Positions 18,913-28,163 of a DNA stretch of 64,000 nt are shown here, in pieces. A program made the translations under genes and the position numbers. The stretch covers positions 704,595-768,594 of the forward strand of contig CAZQXB010000001.1 in the NCBI GenBank assembly GCA_964597575.1, read 5' to 3'. Source of the stretch: an uncultured Gammaproteobacteria bacterium (GTDB lineage: Bacteria > Patescibacteriota > Patescibacteriia > Magasanikbacterales > UBA922). Position 1 is the first letter of the stretch; each line of letters opens with the position of its first letter. A model generated the notes under the pieces. It searched no databases. It saw nothing but the letters and a program-made list of their open reading frames with translations, and was not told the DNA's origin.

Positions 18913-20349
18913 TTAGGAATCGAGTATATGGCCGGAATCGGTCATGTACCGTCGCGGAGCAGGCTTGTCTGGTGCTGGGGTTGGCTCTACAGACTTCTTC
19001 TCTTCAACCATGACACCCTGCGGCAAAACCATACCCAGACCCTCAACTGGCAAGTCTGACGGCGGCTCGGTTTTCTTCGCCCCAGCTTTTTGTAAGAGTG
19101 GTACCCGCACGTGAGACATTGGAAAGTGCCAAATTGTGGCCAGCTCTTCAATATTCAACACAAATGATTTCAAAATTTTTCCCATGGCCCGTTCTTTATA
19201 GGCCTGCATAATTTTTCGCTTGCGTTCATTTTTTATTCTATCAGCAAACAAATATTTGGTACTGGTGAGGTATTTTGGTAAAAGTGCATTCGAGGTGGGG
19301 TTGTTAAACTGATTGATCGCCCCGATAAGCGAATTCACCCCACGCGCCGGGTTAAATATCTCTTTCCGAGCCACATAAATCATGCGAATTTTTGTTTTGT
19401 ACCCAATTTTACTAATTTTATCTTCCATGGCTTCGACCAATTTTTTCTGCCCTGGAGTAAGGTATTGCATTTTATTTTGATCACTTTTTCCCTCTTTTGC
19501 GGCCCCCTCTCCCCCACCTAAAAACTCACTTCCAACCAACTGTGGCCCAAAAACGTTTGCAGCCTGGATTGGAATATCTAAGGCTTTTCCTAAAAAACCC
19601 TGTTTTTTAGGCTTTTTCTTTTCTCCAATAAGCTTATTAATCTCCTCAATAGAATCCTTTTTCCACTCTTTATCAGGGGTCGGCTCAATCACCATCTGGT
19701 ACCACATCTGTTCGCCCGGACCAATGCGACTGAAACTTTCCAAGAATGTACCCATCGGATCTTTCACTGGCGCATCTTTATCAACCATGTGCTCGAAATC
19801 ACGGTATACCCGAAGCGGGTAGGCATCAGGCGCCACCAACTTAAACTCAGCCCCCCACATATTATATGTTTTGTCAGGGTAGTGCTCGGGAATTCCCTTG
19901 GTGTAATCTTCAATTTCCGTAATTTCAGCTTCAGGGTATTGTGCATAAAGTGCCGCCTCCATAACGTCACGGTACTGTTCTAAAACCCGCACGACAAACT
20001 GGATATACCCCTCGATACTTACAATTTCAAAACTGAACGAAAAAGGTTCAAACCCTCGCCGATACATGAGGGCGATAGCATTCCCTTCGTAAATAGAAAA
20101 AATATGAGCGAACATTTGCTCAACCGCTTTTGGTGTCTGAACATTGAGCTGCGGAACATCAATCGCAAGGTGTACCCAACGCCACTTATCAACATATTTT
20201 TTATTCTTGTAGAAAGCCAATAAAAAAAGACCGCCTTTCAAAAGTAAGGCCGCAACAAGAATCCAAGCCCCGGCAGTAAAAAGTCGCGTCAAAGCGACAA
20301 CGGGCGGAGCCGTAACCTCACGCATGACAAGAAAGAGAAACTCTTCCAT
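18913..20349 (-). CDS. membrane-anchored paralog of the N-terminal domain of the 855-aa ATPase, lacking the ATPase
   Basis: 478 aa with TM helix AGAWILVAALLLKGGLFLLAFY. It aligns along its whole length with residues about 30-420 of ORF 7864-10431, including the conserved blocks AQYPEAEITEIEDY and IWHFPM...EPPSDLPVEG. It ends where the ATPase module begins in the long protein. Confidence 0.65.
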   Translation of the reverse strand: MEEFLFLVMREVTAPPVVALTRLFTAGAWILVAALLLKGGLFLLAFYKNKKYVDKWRWVHLAIDVPQLNVQTPKAVEQMFAHIFSIYEGNAIALMYRRGFEPFSFSFEIVSIEGYIQFVVRVLEQYRDVMEAALYAQYPEAEITEIEDYTKGIPEHYPDKTYNMWGAEFKLVAPDAYPLRVYRDFEHMVDKDAPVKDPMGTFLESFSRIGPGEQMWYQMVIEPTPDKEWKKDSIEEINKLIGEKKKPKKQGFLGKALDIPIQAANVFGPQLVGSEFLGGGEGAAKEGKSDQNKMQYLTPGQKKLVEAMEDKISKIGYKTKIRMIYVARKEIFNPARGVNSLIGAINQFNNPTSNALLPKYLTSTKYLFADRIKNERKRKIMQAYKERAMGKILKSFVLNIEELATIWHFPMSHVRVPLLQKAGAKKTEPPSDLPVEGLGMVLPQGVMVEEKKSVEPTPAPDKPAPRRYMTDSGHILDS

Positions 20350-20359
20350 AGGAAGAACG

Positions 20360-20521
20360 CTATACCTCGATTAAGGTATAAATTGCCCAATAGATCACAG
20401 CAACACCAAGGCCACTCCACCACCATCCGAACTGGCCCGATTTATAACCGGCCACAAAAAAAACAATGGCAACAAGAGTTCCAACCAGTGCGATCATGTG
20501 TCGCACGGCATTTTCTGACAT
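20360..20521 (-). CDS. small 2-TM membrane protein (53 aa) between secF and the paralog gene
   Basis: MSENAVRHMIALVGTLVAIVFFVAGYKSGQFGWWWSGLGVAVIYWAIYTLIEV has two hydrophobic helices. It is below the 60-aa ORF-track cutoff. There are 8 nt between its stop and the start of the downstream gene. Confidence 0.35.
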   Translation of the reverse strand: MSENAVRHMIALVGTLVAIVFFVAGYKSGQFGWWWSGLGVAVIYWAIYTLIEV

Positions 20522-20611
20522 AAAACGGAATACAAAAAAACAATCACGATGCTATAGAACAGTATACTACACGAGAGCTGCCTTCGGCAAGGAAAAAAGA
20601 ATTCCCTTTCG

Positions 20612-21553
20612 TTATGCTCGACGACGCATTTGCCAGTTGTTGAGCGTCACAAGAAGTGGGCTCGCCAGGAAGATAGAAGAATATGCCCCGGCAAAGATAC
20701 CAACGATGAGTGTTAGAGCAAAGTTGTGGATGCTCTCACCGCCAAAAAAGAAGATCGCGAGCAAACTCAGTTCAGCGGTGAACGAGGTATTAAAGGAACG
20801 AATGACCGTCTGGTTCACACTCATTTCGACGGTATCGTCAAAATTCGCAGTTCCTCGGCGTAGGATGTTCTCACGAATTCGATCGAAAACAATGATCGTA
20901 TCGTTTACGGAATACCCAAGAATCGTCAAAAGGGCTACCACAATAGGAATGTCAATCTCGAGCCCTGCAAATCTCCCCAAAACCGACAACACCCCCATGG
21001 TGATAAGAATATTATGGATTAAAGCAATAATAGCAATTGCCCCATACTTCCACGAAGTAACAGGCTGAGATACTTTTCTGAAGGTGTAAGCAACGTAGAG
21101 AATGATACCAAGTAATACTGCGGCTGTAGCAGCTACGGCGCGATTTCGAAGTTCAACGCTAATTGCTGGACCAACCTTCTCAAAACGGTCTTCGCGAAAA
21201 GCGGCAGCCAACTCTTCTGCCCCAGTAGCACCAGTAAGCTCTGAAAGCTCATTGAGCACATTCTGGTGTTCTTCTTCAGACAAGAAGCGCATGCGCAAAA
21301 TGTACCCATTGTCGCCCGTTGTTTGAGCAACCACCTGGTCAATTCCAGCTTCACGCACCTCAGCAATCACAGCCTCTTGACTCGGACGCTCCTGTAGATA
21401 CGTAACCGCAACAAGCGATCCACCAGTGAAATCAATCCCTGGTTTTAATCCAAAGATCACGAGCACCACAATACTTGCGATCGATAAGACGCTTGAGATA
21501 AAGAATGGAATCGAACGGTATCGGACAATCTTAAACGTAAACATAGTCATCAT
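20612..21553 (-). CDS. secF: protein translocase subunit SecF
   Basis: GIDFTGGSLVAV and a six-TM RND-like C-terminus. Its start codon overlaps the secD stop. Confidence 0.85.
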   Translation of the reverse strand: MMTMFTFKIVRYRSIPFFISSVLSIASIVVLVIFGLKPGIDFTGGSLVAVTYLQERPSQEAVIAEVREAGIDQVVAQTTGDNGYILRMRFLSEEEHQNVLNELSELTGATGAEELAAAFREDRFEKVGPAISVELRNRAVAATAAVLLGIILYVAYTFRKVSQPVTSWKYGAIAIIALIHNILITMGVLSVLGRFAGLEIDIPIVVALLTILGYSVNDTIIVFDRIRENILRRGTANFDDTVEMSVNQTVIRSFNTSFTAELSLLAIFFFGGESIHNFALTLIVGIFAGAYSSIFLASPLLVTLNNWQMRRRA

Positions 21554-23598
21554 TATGATTTTCGTTTCTTCGCTCCTAAAAAGAGCCGATTACCATGTTC
21601 AGGAAACCATGGCACCATAAAACGAAGAATAACACGGGTAACGGTAATTGCGGAAAACATACTCACAAACACCCCGATAATCAGAACGAAGGCAAACCCT
21701 TTCACGAAACTAGAACCGAACCACAGAAGTACGACACAGGTAATAATCGCTGACACATTACCATCATGAATGGCGTTCCATGCTCGATCAAACCCTTCTT
21801 CAACGGCCTTAAACAACGATTTTCCACCCTGAAGTTCTTCTTTTAATCGCTCAAAGATAAGGACATTGTTATCAATCGCCATACCCATAGAAAGAATGAG
21901 ACCGGCAATACCCGATAACGTGAGGGTTACCCCAAAGAGTTTAAAGAGGGCAAGTGTAAGCACGGTGTAGAGGGCTAAACTGAGTGTCGCAATGAGACCA
22001 GGCAATCGGTATACTGCGACCATGAAAATCGCAATAAGAGTGAGCGCAGCCAAACCTGCTTTCAAACTAAGGGTAAGGGAATCAAGTCCGAGGGTCGCTC
22101 CAACCTGCTGCTGACTCACGAGCTCAACCGGTACAGGCAAGGCTCCGGCATTCAACTGTTGGGTCAACAATTTCGCTTCAGCAAAGGTAAAGCCTCCTTG
22201 AATGACGGCTCGGCCATCACTAATGACGGTTTGTACAACCGGTGCACTAATAGGGTTATTATCGAGGAAGATTCCCACTTGTTTCCCCAAATTGCGTTCC
22301 GTAATTTCACGGAAAAGGTCGCGACCTTCGTCGTTAAACTGAAGTGACACCATAACCGCACCGGTTTGCTGGTCACTCACCACTTCTGCGCGTTTAAGCT
22401 GAGAGCCAGAAAGTTTTGTTGGCTTCCAACCGTTATTTGGTGGAACAATATCGTCTTTTGTTTTGGTGGCTACAAAAACATGAGAAAGCTCATATTCTTT
22501 TTCAGGTCCTTCGCTAATCTTATAGATAACATGGTACCCGAATTCTGTTTCGACCGGTCCAATAATTTCTCCGGCTTTGGCTGCTGAAACTGCATCGTCA
22601 AAAGCTTTTACCATTTGACCTTTCGTAAAGCTACCTAAGTCACCGCCAGTTTGTGCGGCCCCAGGTTCTGTTGAGTATTTTTTCGCAAGTTCACTAAAAT
22701 TCTTCGCATTCGCTTCTTTAAAAATATCTTCGGCTTTCTTTCGCGCCTCTTCTTTCGTATACAGTGGCTCGTCACATCCCTGCGACCCTAAATAGCAGAA
22801 TAAAATATGTTTTGCCGCAATAACTGGCGCACCATCGCGTTCTCCCCCGCGCTTTAATATATGGTACCCGAGTGGTGTTTCAATAAGCGTCTGTGATGTT
22901 TGGTCGGGTTTTGCACTCTCAGCCCAGGTGTACATATTTTCATACACCGTTCGCTTATTCACAAAACCAAGATTACCAGCGAGATCCTTACTTTGCGTAT
23001 CATCGCTTAACTCTTTTGCAAGAGTTGCAAAGTCTTCCCCTTTTTTCACGCGAGCAAGAGTGGTATTCGCTTTTTTAAGCGCTTCTGCATTAAAGTCGGC
23101 CAATTGTTTTTCTTCTTCAGCAGTTAATGCACGCGCTGGCTCGTTTGATGGTTCACGAAAATCCAAAATTGGCGTTTCTCCAATCAAACGAATTGCTTGT
23201 GTAATATCTTGAACTCCAGGAAGTTCAACGAGAATACGGTACGCATCCCCTACTTTTGTAGTCTGGACATTCGACTCTGCCACACCGAACGCATTCACCC
23301 GGCGCTCAATAACACCACGCACACCCTCTACGGAATCGGCTTGGTCAGCAGCCGGAAGGCTTGTCACATTTGCCTCATATACTAACTGCGCGCCCCCTTG
23401 TAAATCGAGCCCCAAAGAGAACGATTTTGGTGGAATCCGAGGGATACCGAGCGCAATACTTCCATTGACCGCATCAATAGCTTTATTCGCATAGGCCGGA
23501 AAAATATACACGGCGCAAGCTACGATAAGCACAAAAATACCCGCAATTCCCCATCGGACCTTCGCACGAACTTCAGCTGCAGAAAGTGTTTGTTTCAT
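21553..23598 (-). CDS. secD: protein translocase subunit SecD with two inserted parvulin-type (PpiC) peptidyl-prolyl isomerase domains
   Basis: N-terminal TM, LGLDLQGGAQLVYEA (SecD P1 motif), and a C-terminal six-TM bundle. The periplasmic region holds two rotamase modules: DFATLAKELSDD...LAGNLGFVNK...ETPLGYHILK and NFSELAKKYSTEPGAAQTGGDLGSFTKGQMVKAFDDAV...GPVETEFGYHVIYK. Confidence 0.85.
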   Translation of the reverse strand: MKQTLSAAEVRAKVRWGIAGIFVLIVACAVYIFPAYANKAIDAVNGSIALGIPRIPPKSFSLGLDLQGGAQLVYEANVTSLPAADQADSVEGVRGVIERRVNAFGVAESNVQTTKVGDAYRILVELPGVQDITQAIRLIGETPILDFREPSNEPARALTAEEEKQLADFNAEALKKANTTLARVKKGEDFATLAKELSDDTQSKDLAGNLGFVNKRTVYENMYTWAESAKPDQTSQTLIETPLGYHILKRGGERDGAPVIAAKHILFCYLGSQGCDEPLYTKEEARKKAEDIFKEANAKNFSELAKKYSTEPGAAQTGGDLGSFTKGQMVKAFDDAVSAAKAGEIIGPVETEFGYHVIYKISEGPEKEYELSHVFVATKTKDDIVPPNNGWKPTKLSGSQLKRAEVVSDQQTGAVMVSLQFNDEGRDLFREITERNLGKQVGIFLDNNPISAPVVQTVISDGRAVIQGGFTFAEAKLLTQQLNAGALPVPVELVSQQQVGATLGLDSLTLSLKAGLAALTLIAIFMVAVYRLPGLIATLSLALYTVLTLALFKLFGVTLTLSGIAGLILSMGMAIDNNVLIFERLKEELQGGKSLFKAVEEGFDRAWNAIHDGNVSAIITCVVLLWFGSSFVKGFAFVLIIGVFVSMFSAITVTRVILRFMVPWFPEHGNRLFLGAKKRKS

Positions 23599-23936
23599 AA
23601 ATTCAAGAAAGTGGGCCTATTGTACGCGAATTTTGGCCTTTTCGTCAACTGCGGTTTATGCACACGATATTGACATATGGCAACGATCATGATATTCCTT
23701 ATTTTAACGATGAAACCGAAAAGCACTCACCCACCCACCGGAAAGCGAAAAAGAAAGGAGCATCGAAAAAAAACTCGACGTTACTCGAAGAATGGCCGGA
23801 AGCGCATGCGGCGATGGCTCGCTGTCATCTGCAGTGAAAGCCGTTGGTGGCGCCAAGAGGCTATCGAGACTACCAGTGGGCGTCGTCGACACGATCCGGA
23901 ATAGAGTCCGGAACGCGCTGGCCGGTATTCGTAAGA

Positions 23937-24008
23937 AATCACCCGCCAACTCGTTATCTCCCTTACCCTAGCGGTAGGAGGGAAAACGAGCGGGTGATTT
24001 TTTATTTC
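23937..24008 (+). terminator. plus-oriented intrinsic terminator closing a GC-rich structured intergenic segment
   Basis: 10-bp outer stem AATCACCCGC/GCGGGTGATT encloses a nested hairpin TCCCTTACC..GGTAGGAGGGA, followed by TTTTTATTTC. Both flanking CDS (secD, secA) are on the minus strand. Confidence 0.45.
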
Positions 24009-24016
24009 ACCCCCGG

Positions 24017-26779
24017 TTACGCCCCATGACACTTCTTAAACTTCTTTCCCGAGCCGCATGGGCACATATCATTTCGCCCCACTTTTTGTTGTGCGTCCGC
24101 TGCTCCTGCAACTGGCGGGGGTGCTGCTGTTTCTTTGGTTGCACCGCTTAGCGTTAGTGTGTCGGTCGCCATAATCGTCGGCGCAACTTGAATACCAATA
24201 TTCACCTTGAAGAATCCGTAGACGACTTCTTTCTGAATGTTTGCTAAAAGTTCATTAAACATGCGGAAAGTTTCTTTCTTATACTCAACGAGCGGATCAC
24301 GTTGACCGTAGCCACGAAGGCCGATACCGGCACGCAAATGATCAATGGAAACGAGATGATCAACCCACAAGGTATCGATCGCACGAATAAGTACTCCTGA
24401 TTCAATATCGCGCATCGTTATGTGTGCTGCTTCAGGCGAACTTGAGGCACCCTGAATTGCTTGCTCCATCTGCGTATATGTTTTTACCGCTAACCCAAAT
24501 AAAAATTCAACAATTTTTTCACGCACTTCCACGTCGCCAAGCTTTCCATCTTCACGCTTTGTAAATGCGAGAAGTGTTGCTTTTTCTTCATCACTGACCG
24601 GAAACATGGTCCGAGCGGTTTCATACACTTCCTGCATGTTCCACTCCCCGCTTTCGGTGTTGGTATGGAACCCAACCACGAGTTCAATTTCTTTTTGCAT
24701 CATGTCGAGCACCATGCCTTTACTTGGTCGCGTATCAGACACTTCTTTCACATCAAGCAGCTCTAACACCTGACGACGTTTCTTATAAATCACATCGCGG
24801 TGTTTGTTCAACACATCATCGTATTCAAGCAAATGCTTACGCGTATCAAAGTGATGCGATTCTACCTTCTTCTGCGCTGATGCCAAAATTTTTCCAAGAA
24901 TCGGCTGTTCAATCGGTAAATCTTCCGGAACATTCAAACGGGTCATCACATTTTTCATTCTGTCTCCTGCAAAAATGCGCATGAGTTCATCTTCTGTTGA
25001 AATGAAAAATTGTGTTTCCCCTGGATCCCCTTGGCGGGCACTGCGTCCACGGAGCTGATTATCGATACGACGAGACTCATGACGCTCCGTACCGAGAACA
25101 AACAACCCACCGGCACTGAGAACCTTCTCATGCTCCTCTTTATTCATGGGGGTACCACCGAGTTTAATATCTACCCCGCGCCCAGCCATGTTCGTCGCCA
25201 AAGTCACGGCTCCCGGGCGACCTGCCTGCGCAATAATCTCCCCCTCACGCTCATGATTCTTCGCATTTAAAAGTTCATGCTGAATTCCTTGGGCTTGCAA
25301 ATACATGCTGAGTTGCTCATTTTTTTCAACCGAAGCTGTACCAATAAGCACTGGCTGACCCTTCGCGCGAGTTTCTTTTACTTTTGCCACAATGGCCTTG
25401 AACTTCGCCGCTTCTGTTTTATAAATACGATCGGTTTGGTCGATTCGACGATCCGGCTTGTTGGTTGGAATAACCACGACTTCCACATTATAAATTTTTC
25501 CAAGCTCTTCAGCTTCCGTAGCCGCTGTACCTGTCATACCAGAAAGTTTCTTGTACATGCGGAACAAGTTCTGGAACGTAATCGTCGCAAGTGTCTGGCT
25601 TTCTTTTTGAATTTTTACTCCTTCTTTCGCTTCAATGGCTTGATGCAAACCTTCGCTATAACGACGACCTGGCATTTTGCGGCCGGTAAATTCGTCGATG
25701 ATAACCACTTCACCCTTATCGACGACGTATTCTTTATCGCGCTTAAAAAGAACCTCGGCCTTGAGCGCCTGTTCAATGTGGTGGACGAGGCGAATACCGC
25801 CTTCAGCGTAAATATTTTCTACCCCAAGCCAACCTTCAAATTTATGAATGCCTTCTTCCGTTAAAGAAACGCTGCGCAACTTTTCATCAACATTATAATC
25901 GGTTACCTTATCAAGCTTCCGCGCAAGATCTGCAAATTGATAATACTGTTCTGTGGCCTCCATTGAAGGAGCCGAAATAATAAGCGGGGTGCGGGCTTCA
26001 TCAATTAAAATGGAATCCACTTCGTCGACAATGGCATAATGCATTTCGTTCCCCGGGCGCATCACCATGTCGGAAACGCGCTGCACCATGTTGTCGCGCA
26101 AATAATCGAAGCCATATTCGTTGTTCGTGCCGTAAGTAATGTCACAACGATACGCTTCTTGACGAGTCGCTGGGCGTAAAAATTCGTATTCTACTTTGAA
26201 ACTCCCTAAATCGTCGCGTTCTTTATCGGCTTCACTTCCCTCAGCAACTTTCGCTGCTTCTTCCGGCGGTTTCGCAAAACCTGCATCGTACACATACGTA
26301 ACACGCTGGTTTTGAATCACCCCAACACTAAGCCCAAGGAATGCATAAATCTGCCCCATCCAAACTGCATCACGGCGTGCCAAATAATCGTTCACCGTTA
26401 CCACATGCACGCCCTTTCCCTCTAACGCATTTACATAGGTCGGAAGAGTTGCGGTCAGCGTTTTTCCTTCACCGGTTCTCATTTCTGCAATCTGCCCTTT
26501 GTGGAGCACTAAGCCACCGATAAGCTGAACATCGTAATGCCGCATCCCAGCCACACGTTTCGCCGCTTCTCGGACGGTAGCAAACGCTTCCGGTAAAATA
26601 GCATCGGTGGTTTCTCCGTTTTGAAGTCGCGCTTTAAATTCAGCGGTTTTCGCTTTGAGTGCTTCATCAGAAAGAGCAGAATAGCTCGATTCAAGCTCGT
26701 TTATTTTTTTAACAACAGGATCAAGTGTTTTCAGTACTTTTGCATTCGGATCTCCAAGTAATTTCGTAAGAAAAGACAT
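24017..26779 (-). CDS. secA: preprotein translocase ATPase SecA
   Basis: DEAD-like motor motifs (MRTGEGKTL, DEVDSILIDEARTPLII), the preprotein cross-linking and helical scaffold domains, and a C-terminal Zn finger CPCGSGKKFKKCHG. The start was set at MSFLTKLLGD. Confidence 0.9.
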   Translation of the reverse strand: MSFLTKLLGDPNAKVLKTLDPVVKKINELESSYSALSDEALKAKTAEFKARLQNGETTDAILPEAFATVREAAKRVAGMRHYDVQLIGGLVLHKGQIAEMRTGEGKTLTATLPTYVNALEGKGVHVVTVNDYLARRDAVWMGQIYAFLGLSVGVIQNQRVTYVYDAGFAKPPEEAAKVAEGSEADKERDDLGSFKVEYEFLRPATRQEAYRCDITYGTNNEYGFDYLRDNMVQRVSDMVMRPGNEMHYAIVDEVDSILIDEARTPLIISAPSMEATEQYYQFADLARKLDKVTDYNVDEKLRSVSLTEEGIHKFEGWLGVENIYAEGGIRLVHHIEQALKAEVLFKRDKEYVVDKGEVVIIDEFTGRKMPGRRYSEGLHQAIEAKEGVKIQKESQTLATITFQNLFRMYKKLSGMTGTAATEAEELGKIYNVEVVVIPTNKPDRRIDQTDRIYKTEAAKFKAIVAKVKETRAKGQPVLIGTASVEKNEQLSMYLQAQGIQHELLNAKNHEREGEIIAQAGRPGAVTLATNMAGRGVDIKLGGTPMNKEEHEKVLSAGGLFVLGTERHESRRIDNQLRGRSARQGDPGETQFFISTEDELMRIFAGDRMKNVMTRLNVPEDLPIEQPILGKILASAQKKVESHHFDTRKHLLEYDDVLNKHRDVIYKKRRQVLELLDVKEVSDTRPSKGMVLDMMQKEIELVVGFHTNTESGEWNMQEVYETARTMFPVSDEEKATLLAFTKREDGKLGDVEVREKIVEFLFGLAVKTYTQMEQAIQGASSSPEAAHITMRDIESGVLIRAIDTLWVDHLVSIDHLRAGIGLRGYGQRDPLVEYKKETFRMFNELLANIQKEVVYGFFKVNIGIQVAPTIMATDTLTLSGATKETAAPPPVAGAADAQQKVGRNDMCPCGSGKKFKKCHGA

Positions 26780-26905
26780 ACAAGTGAATAGGGATGTAAC
26801 ACGTCGGAGTGTAGCACTTCCCCTCGCTATTGGCAACCCCAAAAAATGCAAAAGGACAGATGGGGATCTGTCCGGAGAAAAGAAAACGAGGGTTCTTTAA
26901 GAGCT

Positions 26906-27307
26906 CTAGCGCATGACTTCTGTTCTGAAGTGACCATGACACCGCCTGCCGTTCGTTCTAAGACCGAGGATATACTTCCCGGGCAGAATGGGCGGCAACT
27001 CAACCGCTGCCAAGTACTTCCGCCCCTCTGTGTCCGATACGTCGACCACTGTCTGCACTCCAAGAATGGCGAGGCGATGAAAGGTTCGACGCACTGGGCC
27101 TTGTGGAATGACGAACGAATCATGAACCACAAAGCAGATTGGGGCACTAACGACGAGCACAGGATGCCGTCGAGCCTGAGCTGGAACTGTAAACTCAATA
27201 CCTACGAAGCCGTCGCTCGCCTCAATATTCTGCATGAGTGCATATCGACGGACATAGATGCCTCCAACAAACAGACCGACCACGAGGAACACGTACATGG
27301 AAATCAC
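26906..27307 (-). CDS. hypothetical small membrane-anchored protein (high-GC island 2)
   Basis: 133 aa ORF with an N-terminal TM helix (YVFLVVGLFVGGIYV). GC is about 55%. Confidence 0.35.
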   Translation of the reverse strand: MISMYVFLVVGLFVGGIYVRRYALMQNIEASDGFVGIEFTVPAQARRHPVLVVSAPICFVVHDSFVIPQGPVRRTFHRLAILGVQTVVDVSDTEGRKYLAAVELPPILPGKYILGLRTNGRRCHGHFRTEVMR

Positions 27308-27323
27308 GGTGAACTTCCTTCCA

Positions 27324-27983
27324 TCACACCTTGAATGTGATGTTGATGCCGAACTCCGTGCGAAGCAACCTGCGCAGATCGTTCGCCGTCTTCTCGCGCG
27401 CGTCGAACTTGAGCGTCTTCATGCCACACGCTCTCGCCCCAACTAGGTTTTCATCTTTGTCATCGATGAAAAGAATTTTGCTCGGATCACAGTCGGCGCG
27501 TTCGATGGCCGTAAGATATATTTCTCGCTCTGGCTTCCGATGGCCAATTTCAAACGAGAGAATACGACGATCCCGGGGGATCAAACGCAGAAGCTGCGGG
27601 ATGCACTTCTTAGCCCACTCCCAGTGAGGGGCAGTGGTGTTGGAAATGATCCCAAGAAAAGGAACGGCTTTTGCCAAATCCCCGACTGCCGACTCAATAC
27701 CAATGACTGGAGTAAACACGTCCCCCCAGCACGCGATGATATCGGAGTTTGGAAAGTTCGGCGCACCGAGAATCCGCCGCACCTCGCAGGCAAACCGCGC
27801 TCCATCCATTCCCCGCTCGAATCCATCTTCGAGCTCGCCTCCGTAGAGGAGAGAAAAAACGGTTTTGGCAGAGTGTGGATCGTTAGTCTTCCTGGCAAAC
27901 TTCTCACACGCAATCATGTGATCGAAATAAACGAGCACACGACCCAAATCGAAATATACTGCCTCAATGTTAGAAATTTTCAT
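27324..27983 (-). CDS. HAD-superfamily hydrolase (subfamily IA-like)
   Basis: Motif I AVYFDLGRVLV near the N-terminus, motif II ISNTT, motif III K, and motif IV LFIDDKDENLVGARACGM. The start was set at MKISNIE. Confidence 0.6.
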   Translation of the reverse strand: MKISNIEAVYFDLGRVLVYFDHMIACEKFARKTNDPHSAKTVFSLLYGGELEDGFERGMDGARFACEVRRILGAPNFPNSDIIACWGDVFTPVIGIESAVGDLAKAVPFLGIISNTTAPHWEWAKKCIPQLLRLIPRDRRILSFEIGHRKPEREIYLTAIERADCDPSKILFIDDKDENLVGARACGMKTLKFDAREKTANDLRRLLRTEFGINITFKV

Positions 27984-28163
27984 GAACAATCCTCTCCTTG
28001 CCCAAGGTTGGGCGCCGCACCTGCCAAAAACGACAGATGACTTTTGAGAATACTTGAGTTGCACCAAAAAGTCAAGGCAAAACTTCTTCAATTATAAAGA
28101 GCGTAGAGGGTGATCTACGCTCGGGGAAGAACTCCCGGGAATGGAACGGTATCGGCGTGGGCG

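Noticed and set aside
20466-21068. 200-aa plus-strand ORF
   Set aside because: It lies antisense within secF and the small TM ORF. It is Arg/Ser-rich with no start context.
23677-24032. Several 60-85-aa ORFs in the secA/secD spacer
   Set aside because: They are extremely basic or low complexity with no SD. The region is better explained as non-coding structured DNA/RNA.
25277-25864. 195-aa plus-strand ORF
   Set aside because: Antisense within secA.
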